A stretch of DNA of 64,000 bases, taken from the NCBI GenBank assembly GCA_963719225.1, contig CAVRAY010000001.1, positions 1,376,001-1,440,000 on the forward strand, in the 5' to 3' direction. This document shows positions 56,316 to 64,000 of the stretch, in pieces. The number at the start of each line of letters is the position of its first letter. Position 1 is the stretch's first letter. Source of the stretch: Thermoanaerobaculia bacterium. GTDB taxonomy: Bacteria; Acidobacteriota; Thermoanaerobaculia; UBA5066. The position numbers and the translations under genes are program-made. The notes under the pieces are model-generated. The model did not search any database. It was not told the DNA's origin and was given only the letters and a program-made list of their open reading frames with translations.

Positions 56316-57794
56316 ATGAAGAACAGGGCGCGCATCGTCTCGGGCCTCGCCGCGCTCGCTGCACTCTTCCTGGCGCCGATCGCCGAGGCATCCCTCTCGC
56401 GCTCGAGCACGCCGGCGCGCGGGGCACCCGCAATCACGCTCGCATCGCCCGCGTCCGAGCCTTCCGAGTTTTCTCTCTTCGAAGGCGACGAGCTCACGGC
56501 CGCTACCGCCGAATCAGAAGGCTCGCCGAGCTTCCATCCTTTAGCTGCCGTCTCGCTCCTCGACGAGCGCGAGCAGCGCGAGCTCGCGACGCCCCTCGAG
56601 ACAAGTTATCCGAAAACTCGCTACCGGGTTTTCGACTTCCTCGGGGCGCCTCTCCTCGGAATCGAGCGCGGTGTAAGTCTCGAACTGCACTGGGGATGCG
56701 CGTCTTTTAGCTGCGGATTTGCATCTGGGACCGTGGGCTTCCTGACGGAAGACCCGCTCGACGACATCGACAGCCCGAACGTCTACGGGTTCGTGGCCGG
56801 CAGGCCGCACGAATTTACGGATCCGGAGGGGCTGTTCTCGAGCTTGAACGCAGCCAAGGAAGGAGCGAAGACCCTCGCCCGAAACCTCGCGATCATCGGT
56901 GGAATCGGGATCGTCACGGGCTTCTGTCCTCCTTGTGGAGCGGCGCTGGCGATCGGAGCGACGGGATATCTCGCTTACGGCGTTCAGAGCGACATCAACG
57001 ACCGTCTCAAGCAGGGTCAGAACGGAGCGCAGGCCACCGCCGGCGCCATGGGCAACCTCACGGGTATCGGAGGCATCACCGAAGGCATCACGAACAAGGA
57101 CTTCGTCACCGGCGCCGAGCTCAACCTCACGGACGAGGAACGAGAAAAGCGGGTAGGGCAGGGCGCCGGCAACCTCCTGAGCTGGTTCGCGGGCCCGAAG
57201 GTATTCAAGGTCGGAGCGAAGTTCGGCGCCGGCGCCAGAGTGAAGTTTGACGCGTGGCGAGCCAGCGAAAACACCTGGCCGTCGATCAAGCCGGAGGGCG
57301 AGTGGGAGTTTGAGTCGCCGGAATCCCCCGCGACGACGTCGAATTACATAGGTCCAGAACGCCAATTGGGCCCCGCCCGAACAGCGACTGAGATGCGTAA
57401 CTCCCCAGGCGTGGCAACGGGAGGCGAACGACTGCCGGAAGTCGGTGGCAAGTGGTTGCGAGGCCAGCGGAATAACGCAGGTGTGATACCGAGACAAATC
57501 GCTGACCAGCTGCGTGGCCGCTCATTCAACAGATTCAGCGAGCTTCAAAGTGAGTTCTGGAGCCTGGTTGCGGACGACCCAGTGCTCGCTTCAGGGTTTG
57601 GAAGACGAAATCTCGCTCGAATGCGCGCGGGGCGATCGCCATTCGCTCCCCCCGGAGAAAGCACCGGGCAAGGGTGGGCACAGAAGGTCTATAACCTCCA
57701 TCATCGGACACGGGTAGGGGAAGGAGGGGGCGTCTACGACCTTGATAACCTATTGGTGGGCACGCCTCGTTACCATCAGAGTTTCCATAGGTAA
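56316..57794 (+). CDS. Chimeric toxin: 141-aa signal-peptide leader + Rhs core end + linker + colicin E7/E9/pyocin-type HNH DNase
   Basis: MKNRARIVSGLAALAALFLAPIAEA leader; FLTEDP...RPHEFTDPEG; GKWL...IADQLRGRSF...FW..VADDP...LHH...GGGVYDLDNL...TPRYH...H. Confidence 0.85.
   Translation: MKNRARIVSGLAALAALFLAPIAEASLSRSSTPARGAPAITLASPASEPSEFSLFEGDELTAATAESEGSPSFHPLAAVSLLDEREQRELATPLETSYPKTRYRVFDFLGAPLLGIERGVSLELHWGCASFSCGFASGTVGFLTEDPLDDIDSPNVYGFVAGRPHEFTDPEGLFSSLNAAKEGAKTLARNLAIIGGIGIVTGFCPPCGAALAIGATGYLAYGVQSDINDRLKQGQNGAQATAGAMGNLTGIGGITEGITNKDFVTGAELNLTDEEREKRVGQGAGNLLSWFAGPKVFKVGAKFGAGARVKFDAWRASENTWPSIKPEGEWEFESPESPATTSNYIGPERQLGPARTATEMRNSPGVATGGERLPEVGGKWLRGQRNNAGVIPRQIADQLRGRSFNRFSELQSEFWSLVADDPVLASGFGRRNLARMRAGRSPFAPPGESTGQGWAQKVYNLHHRTRVGEGGGVYDLDNLLVGTPRYHQSFHR
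56738..57313 (+). repeat. Repeat B copy 1 (576 bp), near-identical to 58589-59164
   Basis: Offset 1851; about nine substitutions by eye, nearly all synonymous and concentrated at the 3' end. Confidence 0.93.
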
Positions 57795-57803
57795 GAGACG
57801 AAA

Positions 57804-58034
57804 ATGCCAGAAACGCTCTCGAGATCGCAGCTCATTGATTTAGTTCAGCGGATCATCGATGTCAAAGGAACTGAGGAAGAGATTGCGAGCTGGGTAGAGC
57901 TCGTGAATAGCATCGTTCCCCATCCCGACATACTCGAACTCATTTATTACGACGACCAGGAGCTTACGGCCGAGCAGATCGTCGACAAGGCACTTCAATA
58001 CAAGCCACGTGTGATCCCCCTTCCAGGGAAGTAA
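57804..58034 (+). CDS. Colicin/pyocin DNase immunity protein (Im7/Im9-like)
   Basis: 76 aa with HPDILELIYY motif; lies directly after the HNH toxin. Confidence 0.88.
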   Translation: MPETLSRSQLIDLVQRIIDVKGTEEEIASWVELVNSIVPHPDILELIYYDDQELTAEQIVDKALQYKPRVIPLPGK

Positions 58035-58112
58035 GGCGCCAGCCCGCGACAGCGGAATTCATACACACACGCCGGTTGTATGGGAGGGTCGGGCGTTTGT
58101 GTTTCTGACTAA

Positions 58113-59612
58113 GCAGCTGACGCCGTCGACGGAGGAATCCGGCTCACCCTCACGCTCCCTCCCGACCCCTCGACCCTGGCCGCGGCCCTGCTGGTCGAAA
58201 AGAGAAATACCGACGGCACCTGGGGAGCCCTCAACGCGGCCGACCTGGCCCTCGGACAACGCGCGGGCGCCCCCGAAGAGCTCGAGCTCCTACCCCTGAC
58301 GGGCTTCACGAAGGGCGCCACCTATAGAGTCGGATTCCAGAGCCTCAAGGACACGCTCGGCAGAACCGCAACCCTCCCGAACTTCGCCCTCGACATCCCG
58401 ACGGACGGCACGCCCGTCCTTCTCGACAGAACCTACCCCCTCGTCTACGACAGCTACTTCGCGTCAGGGACGACCGCCTCAGGCGCATTTCCCGGCGGCC
58501 AGAACCTCCTCTTCCAGGGCCTGTGGACAGACCCCGTCACGGGCATGGGCTACGCGAGAAACCGCTGGTACGACGCCAGAAACGCCGTCTTCCTGACGGA
58601 AGACCCGCTCGACGACATCGACAGCCCGAACGTCTACGGGTTCGTGGCCGGCAGGCCGCACGAATTTACGGATCCGGAGGGGCTGTTCTCGAGCTTGAAC
58701 GCAGCCAAGGAAGGAGCGAAGACCCTCGCCCGAAACCTCGCGATCATCGGTGGAATCGGGATCGTCACGGGCTTCTGTCCTCCTTGTGGAGCGGCGCTGG
58801 CGATAGGAGCGACGGGATATCTCGCTTACGGCGTTCAGAGCGACATCAACGACCGTCTCAAGCAGGGTCAGAACGGAGCGCAGGCCACCGCCGGCGCCAT
58901 GGGCAACCTCACGGGTATCGGAGGCATCACCGAAGGCATCACGAACAAGGACTTCGTCACCGGCGCCGAGCTCAACCTCACGGACGAGGAACGAGAAAAG
59001 CGGGTAGGGCAGGGCGCCGGCAACCTCCTGAGCTGGTTCGCAGGCCCGAAGGTATTCAAGGTCGGAGCGAAGTTCGGTGCCGGCGCCAGGGTGAAGTTTG
59101 ACGCCTGGAGGGCCAGCGAAAACACCTGGCCGTCGATCAAGCCGGAGGGCGGATGGGAGTTTGACTTAGGATCGGCTCCGGCCGGCCCGCACCAAATGAC
59201 TGGGCGGGTTGTCCGCGGCGCAGAAGTTCTGGAGGAGGCTGAGTTCACAAGTGGTGGCAGTAGTGGTCGAAAAAACTGGCAAGAACAGCAGGGGCTCCAT
59301 ACTGAGCGGAAGTTCCTTCAGCGAGCTGAAGTGCTCGTTGAACCGGGTGTTAGTCTAGAAATGGAGGGAAGCCTCGACCCCTGCCGGTCAGGTTGCGCCC
59401 GAGCGATCCGCGACTTCGTAGATGTCTATGATTCGACGGCCAAATACAAGGCTTCCTCAACTGGCAGAGAATTTCGGTGGACGCCACGAGCCCCCGGTAG
59501 GCTGATGGGAACCGTGCTGCAGGAGCAGTTCCAAGACGGTCAACTTGTCGGTCGTTGGCGATACTGGCGAACGCCGGCAGGAAGGTGGCGGCGGGCGCCT
59601 GTTCCGTTCTGA
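58113..59612 (+). pseudogene. Orphan Rhs module: core fragment (repeat A) + linker (repeat B) + nucleic-acid deaminase-like tip
   Basis: The frame opens after TAA 58110-12 and the first ATG is at 58545. The tip has LHTERK...MEGSLDPCRSGC (HxE...PC-x-C zinc deaminase pattern, Pput2613-like). Confidence 0.8.
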
Positions 59613-60259
59613 TGGAAAAACGCTTGCTAGCTAAGAACCTTAATAACCTTGTGGTCGCTTGCCTCGGAACGCTCCCAGGCCAGCCCGGCGTCGAGCGGAC
59701 AGTTCTAGACGGGGCGCAGAAGAAGCTTGGTAGAGCTCTCCCGCTGGCCCTTGCCGATTTCTACCTAGCCGTTGGCGGTATTCCCGAGGTGACGAGTTCT
59801 CACCACCACTTCGTCCCACTCGAAGAAATGCGAATGGCGAATGGCGGCCTGGCGTTTTGCCGGGAAAACCAAGACCAAATGTTCTGGGCGATCCTAGAGG
59901 GCGATCTCGGGGCTTCCGATCCGCCTGTCGTCCAAGGACAGCCGGGTGAGAGTCAATGGTATCCCGAGTGTAAACAGCTCTCCACGTTTCTCCTGAACTT
60001 TGCTTGCTGGCAACTCGTCAACGCAGCAGCCGCGTCAGGGACAGCCCCTGTTGGTCGAACAACCGTCAAGGTGCTCAGAGAGCACTGTGAAGTCGTGAGC
60101 GCAACGCTGGACTTCAACATGGCCTCGTTCATCGATCGCAATGGAAGAGTGATCGTAAGCGCGCTTCTGGACTCTCAACGGGTGTTCGCCGGCGCCAGCA
60201 CAGACGAAGCGCTGGAGGATTTCGAGAAGCGTACTGGGATTGAGCTCGACTGGCTCTAA
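59612..60259 (+). CDS. Putative immunity protein, SMI1/KNR4 (SUKH)-like
   Basis: TGATG coupling; AQKKLGRALPLALADFY, FCRENQ..WAI, DPPV and LSTFL. Confidence 0.75.
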   Translation: MEKRLLAKNLNNLVVACLGTLPGQPGVERTVLDGAQKKLGRALPLALADFYLAVGGIPEVTSSHHHFVPLEEMRMANGGLAFCRENQDQMFWAILEGDLGASDPPVVQGQPGESQWYPECKQLSTFLLNFACWQLVNAAAASGTAPVGRTTVKVLREHCEVVSATLDFNMASFIDRNGRVIVSALLDSQRVFAGASTDEALEDFEKRTGIELDWL

Positions 60260-60829
60260 GAAACGGGGAACCGTTCATCCCATCTGCAAGAGTGCCGATG
60301 GGGGCCAGAGTCGGCTGCCGAAGGCTCACGGGGCGGCGGGATCTCGAGTGATGGCCCTGCTGCGGCGCTCGTAGACCTCGGTGGAGGGAGTTCTCCGGCA
60401 AGCCGTCGGTTTGGTTCGCTCTCCGACGTTCAAGCGCAGGTCGACTTGCAGGCCCGGCGCGCTCTTAGCGCAGCTCAACGAAGAGGGCTATCAAGCGCGC
60501 AGGGCGGTAACTTTGCAGACAAGGTCTTCAAGCGCTACAACAGGTTCTTGGAGCGAGAGCTTGCGCGTGAAGGAAACGCATTCGGTGTCGAGCCTCAGCC
60601 GTCACGGGATATTCTTGGCGGGCGTGCCAGCTATGGCGATGCTGGCTCGCGTCGCCTTGACGCCACGATCTTTGATAGGGGAAACGACGCCGTTTTGTCT
60701 GGCTACGACATCACGATTAGGTTGCGTCGCTGGAATTCGCGGGCTGTGAACCTAGACTACGTGACCCGCTTCGGAATAAGGGAGGGATTCGTTCGCGAAT
60801 TCAATCCGCGGGGCCGGCGCCGCCCATGA
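60260..60829 (+). pseudogene. Start-less orphan toxin tip homologous to the resident Rhs tip
   Basis: The frame is open from 60260 and aligns by eye with 43860-44336 (FGSL/YGDL, AL..AQ..G, F.(K/R)Y...LE..L, QP, G(S/T)(R/K)RLD, LSGxDxT). Confidence 0.7.
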
Positions 60830-61527
60830 GATACCGGGAGTTCGAACGGCAGGCGGTTCCACTCTTTTCGAAAGCGCTGGAAGAGTTTTCTTTCAAGCAT
60901 CACGAAGGCCCGTATTTCGTGCGGGGAAGGAACTCCTGGCAAGACGTCCTCTTCTTTGACTTGGAGAGGCCTTCTGGAGACGCCTTCTCGGTTTGCGTTG
61001 GTATTCATGTTCCCATGGTGCGACGACGCTTCAGTCAGATTCTGGATGTCAACGTGCCAACACCGGATATCTCCAGTTTCCTTGGTCGGCTCGGCGACGG
61101 AGGAAAAGGCAGCCAGAGATGGTACCGATTTGGTCGGCCTATTTCTCTGAGTGAGGCGATTTCAAAGTCGATTGAAGACTTCCGAGGGGAAGTACCCCCT
61201 TGGCTCGCCTCCTTTCAGACGATTGACGACGTCGCGGCCGAGTATCGCCGGCGGAACATCGGTGATGCCACAAACTGGGAACGAACACGCAATGCCATTC
61301 CTCTTGCAATATACGGCTTTCTGCTTATAGAGGCGGGGCGGCGGCAGGACGGCAGGGGGTGGTTGAAACGAGCCCAGGAAGAGGTTTCGAAGCCCTTGTA
61401 CGAGCTAAATGGGACGTTTTCGACCGAGAAGGGGACTGGCGCCAGGGAAGTAGTTCGCAGCCGCCAGGAACGAGTGCTGAGCCAGATACTCGAGGGCGAG
61501 TTAGCCACTGGCTCTGTTGAAGAGTAG
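60826..61527 (+). CDS. Putative immunity protein (233 aa, possibly DUF4304-like)
   Basis: ATGA overlap with the orphan tip; lower GC. The family assignment is weak. Confidence 0.65.
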   Translation: MRYREFERQAVPLFSKALEEFSFKHHEGPYFVRGRNSWQDVLFFDLERPSGDAFSVCVGIHVPMVRRRFSQILDVNVPTPDISSFLGRLGDGGKGSQRWYRFGRPISLSEAISKSIEDFRGEVPPWLASFQTIDDVAAEYRRRNIGDATNWERTRNAIPLAIYGFLLIEAGRRQDGRGWLKRAQEEVSKPLYELNGTFSTEKGTGAREVVRSRQERVLSQILEGELATGSVEE

Positions 61528-61784
61528 GGCCCCTGGTCCGCAATGCAACGTGGGGGCGTTTCGCGGCCGGCGAAAAACTGAACCGGCGCGAATACCATCT
61601 GGGATGGCTGAACCTGTTGACTGGGTCGATAAGAAACGAAAGAAATGAACTTAATAGCGACCTGCTCCCCGAAAACGGATCCACAGAGGGTGTGAACTCT
61701 CCGTAGACCTGACTATCCCCCCGGAAACCCGCCGACCCGGTCGAACTTGAGCCGCGCAGGGAAATGCCTCAAAATAGCCCCATC

Positions 61785-61973
61785 ATGCCTACCCCGGAAG
61801 ACCGGGAGCCCTTCGACGAGACCGTCGCGCCGCGCCAGAGGCGCAAGTGTTTCTTCTGCGAGGCGGACAAGTCCGACGAGTGGAGATTCGTCGCCAAGCT
61901 GAACGCCTTCATCTGCCAGGCCTGCCAGGAATGGATGGAGAAGAAGCCCTCGAGCGAGCAGCAGACAGGCTGA
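61785..61973 (+). CDS. Small C4 zinc-finger protein (ClpX zinc-finger-like)
   Basis: CFFC-x18-CQAC with AFIC; the start could be 61764 or 61785. Confidence 0.55.
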   Translation: MPTPEDREPFDETVAPRQRRKCFFCEADKSDEWRFVAKLNAFICQACQEWMEKKPSSEQQTG

Positions 61974-62012
61974 GCGCCCTTTATCGGATAATCTCCCCTC
62001 GGAGGCCCCTCC

Positions 62013-62369
62013 TTGCTCGAGCCCGATGCCTTCCACGAGCTGCGCCGGAGTCCGCGCGTTGCGCTTCGGATTCCGATTTCCATGCGCTGGGATGGGCAGA
62101 GGTTCAACGGATCGACACTCATCGTGAACAGCCACGGCGCGCTCGTGTACGCGCAGCGGAACGTCGCCGTCGGCGACATCTTCGAGCTGGAGAACGTGCG
62201 GACGCGCGTGATGTGCCACTGCCGGGTGGTGTGGGGGGCCGGACTCGATCAGTCGGGGTTCTTCAAGCTGGGGGTCGAGATGCTGGAGTCGAATCCGGCG
62301 GTGTGGGGGTCGGACTATACGATGGCCCTGGCGCAGGCACAGGCGTCGCCGCGAGGCTCCGCAGGCTGA
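62013..62369 (+). CDS. PilZ-like domain protein
   Basis: RRSPR...IVNSHGAL...GVE pattern; start uncertain. Confidence 0.7.
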   Translation: MLEPDAFHELRRSPRVALRIPISMRWDGQRFNGSTLIVNSHGALVYAQRNVAVGDIFELENVRTRVMCHCRVVWGAGLDQSGFFKLGVEMLESNPAVWGSDYTMALAQAQASPRGSAG

Positions 62370-63354
62370 ATCCGCCCGCGATCAGGAAGCCGAGCCCGAC
62401 GAGCGTGATCGGGACGAACGAGAGCGCGTGCGAGACGAGCGCGAACGCCGCCGCCGTGTCCTTCGCCACGCCGTAGAACCCCGCCAGCGAATACGCGACC
62501 GCCGTGTGATAGCCGCCCACGCCGCCCGGCGTCGGGATGGCGAGACCGAGGACGGCCCACGTGATCACGAAGAAGGAGACGGGGAAGGGAAAGACGAGGT
62601 CGAAGGCGCGCATCGTCGACCAGATCTGGAATCCGATCAACGTCCATAAAAAGAGCGAGGCCGCGGCTACGACGAGCACCTCGCGAACCGAGCCGAGCGC
62701 GCCGAGCCCGTCCAGGAAAGACAGGAGGATCGACTCCACCTTTGCTCCGATCCTGGGGGGCAGCGGCCGGAGGAGCGGCTTCACGATGCGGTCGGTGCGC
62801 TCGGGCTTCGCCGCGAGGAAGCCGAGGAACGCGAGGCCCAGGAGCGTGCCGAAGCCGAGGATCAGCGCCGAGCGGCGAAGCAGCGCGAAGCGCCCCGCCT
62901 CGTCGCCGGTCATCGCTGACGGCGCCCACGCCAGGGCGTACACGACGAAGAGAAAGATGACCGTCACGAGGTCGATGAGGCGCTCGAGCGCGATGGAGGC
63001 GAGGCAGGGCGCGACGGGAAGCCCGGCGCTCTTCGCGAGGGCGACGGGGCGCACGATCTCGCCGGCGCGCGCGGGAAGGAGCGTCGAGGCGGCGAAGCCG
63101 ATGGCGGTCGCGGAGTTGAGCTCGTAGAACGACGGGTGCCCGGCCTTCTTCAGGAGCAGGGCCCAGCGCCACGACCGGAAGAGCGGCGTCCCGAGAAGCC
63201 CGGCCACGGTCGCGACGGCGAGCCAGCCGACGTGCGCCGAGGCGATGGCGCGGCCCACGGCGGCGAAGTCCAGCGTCCTCAGAAACAGGACGAGGAGGAC
63301 GGCCGCGAGACCCAGGGAAATCGCGACGCGCAGGCCCTTTTTCGAGGCGGTCAC
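62263..63354 (-). CDS. Lysylphosphatidylglycerol synthase TM / UPF0104 flippase-like membrane protein
   Basis: RSWRW, LPARAGEIVR, ERLID and PTPGGVG; multiple transmembrane segments. Confidence 0.88.
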   Translation of the reverse strand: MTASKKGLRVAISLGLAAVLLVLFLRTLDFAAVGRAIASAHVGWLAVATVAGLLGTPLFRSWRWALLLKKAGHPSFYELNSATAIGFAASTLLPARAGEIVRPVALAKSAGLPVAPCLASIALERLIDLVTVIFLFVVYALAWAPSAMTGDEAGRFALLRRSALILGFGTLLGLAFLGFLAAKPERTDRIVKPLLRPLPPRIGAKVESILLSFLDGLGALGSVREVLVVAAASLFLWTLIGFQIWSTMRAFDLVFPFPVSFFVITWAVLGLAIPTPGGVGGYHTAVAYSLAGFYGVAKDTAAAFALVSHALSFVPITLVGLGFLIAGGFSLRSLAATPVPAPGPSYSPTPTPPDSTPASRPPA

Positions 63355-63392
63355 GCGTCGATGGTAGCCCACGGTTGGAGTAGGCTCGCGGC

Positions 63393-64000
63393 GTGCGCAG
63401 GGTGCCGGTCTACTTCGATTCCGCGGTCCTCGAGCACGACACGGGCCTCTACCACCCGGACAGCGCGAATCGGCTGGAGGTCGCCGTCGAGGCGCTCCGT
63501 CAGGACGGGTGCCTCATCGAGTCGCCGCCGGCCCCCGAACGCACGCTGAAAGCGGTCGAGCGCGTGCACGATCCGGAGTACGTGGAGCGTCTCTCGGCGC
63601 TCTGCCGAAACGCGCCGGCCGACTACGGCGGACCCTTCGCGCTCTTCGACAGCCCCGACAACGTGCTGTCAGCCGCGACGTTCGAGGCGTCGCTGCGCTC
63701 CGTCTCGCTCACGCTCGCCGCGACGGACGCGGTCGTGGCGGGGCGTGCGGCGTCCGTCTTCGTGGCGGCGCGGCCGCCGGGACACCATGCGCTCGCGTCG
63801 CGCGCGATGGGATTCTGCTTCCTGAACTCGATCGCGATCGCCGCGAAGGACCTCATCGAGCACCACAAGGTCGCACGCGTCCTCGTGGCCGACTTCGACG
63901 TGCACCACGGCAACGGCGTCCAGGACGTCTTCTGGGAGGACGGGCGGGTGGCGTACCTCTCCGTGCATCGGTATCCCTTTTACCCGGGCACGGGCGCGGC
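63393..64000 (+). CDS. Histone deacetylase/AcuC-family amidohydrolase (runs off the window; absent from the ORF track)
   Basis: Translated from GTG 63393: HPDSANRL, VHDPEYV, RPPGHHA, MGFCFLN, DFDVHHGNG and SVHRYPFYPGTG. Confidence 0.92.
   Translation, partial: MRRVPVYFDSAVLEHDTGLYHPDSANRLEVAVEALRQDGCLIESPPAPERTLKAVERVHDPEYVERLSALCRNAPADYGGPFALFDSPDNVLSAATFEASLRSVSLTLAATDAVVAGRAASVFVAARPPGHHALASRAMGFCFLNSIAIAAKDLIEHHKVARVLVADFDVHHGNGVQDVFWEDGRVAYLSVHRYPFYPGTGA

Larger units (their letters stand above)
43349..56739. mobile_element. Putative ~13.4-kb integrative element inserted in the Rhs core (toxin tip + immunity, defence cargo, XRE, primase-ATPase, tyrosine recombinase)
   Basis: It encodes a recombinase, primase and repressor. 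Joining the sequence left of CT 43349-50 to the sequence right of CT 56738-39 reproduces the uninterrupted junction present at 58581-58600 (AACGCCGT-CT-TCCTGACGGA). Confidence 0.7.

Noticed and set aside
56738-59164. Repeat pairs as template/variable regions of a diversity-generating retroelement
   Set aside because: No reverse transcriptase is present. Repeat A is identical, and the repeat B differences are mostly synonymous and not adenine-specific.
62263-62369. 107-bp convergent overlap of the PilZ-like and LPG-synthase genes as a regulatory feature
   Set aside because: The overlap encodes only a low-complexity Pro-rich tail on the LPG-synthase side, which is common in GC-rich genomes where stop codons are scarce.

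Overview
High-GC bacterial window; the gene content resembles Acidobacteriota/Thermoanaerobaculia, but that is only an impression. 0-5.7 kb: the end of an RND efflux operon, a broken TPR lipoprotein gene, an Omp85/BamA-TamA-like outer-membrane protein and a Trp/Gly-rich secreted protein. 5.9-44.8 kb: one translationally coupled operon made of a ~6100-aa secreted Ig/glycine-rich repeat protein, a 286-aa secreted protein, a ~6400-aa signal-peptide-bearing Rhs/YD toxin and its immunity gene. No T6SS genes are visible. 43.35-56.74 kb: an apparent ~13.4-kb integrative element (XRE repressor, CHC2/Toprim primase-ATPase, tyrosine recombinase) carrying defence cargo (Zn-ribbon kinase, Vsr/EcoRII-like/Dcm, HEPN). 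Its inferred ends fall at the same CT dinucleotide inside the Rhs core. It appears to supply the current toxin tip of the giant Rhs and to re-house a colicin-type HNH tip behind a short signal-peptide leader. 56.7-61.5 kb: an array of orphan Rhs tip/immunity pairs (HNH DNase, deaminase, and a homologue of the resident tip). 61.7-64 kb: ordinary genes (PilZ-like, LPG-synthase TM, HDAC family). Everything here was read by eye, with no database searches. Many single-base frameshifts at 47.5-51.5 kb may be sequencing errors.
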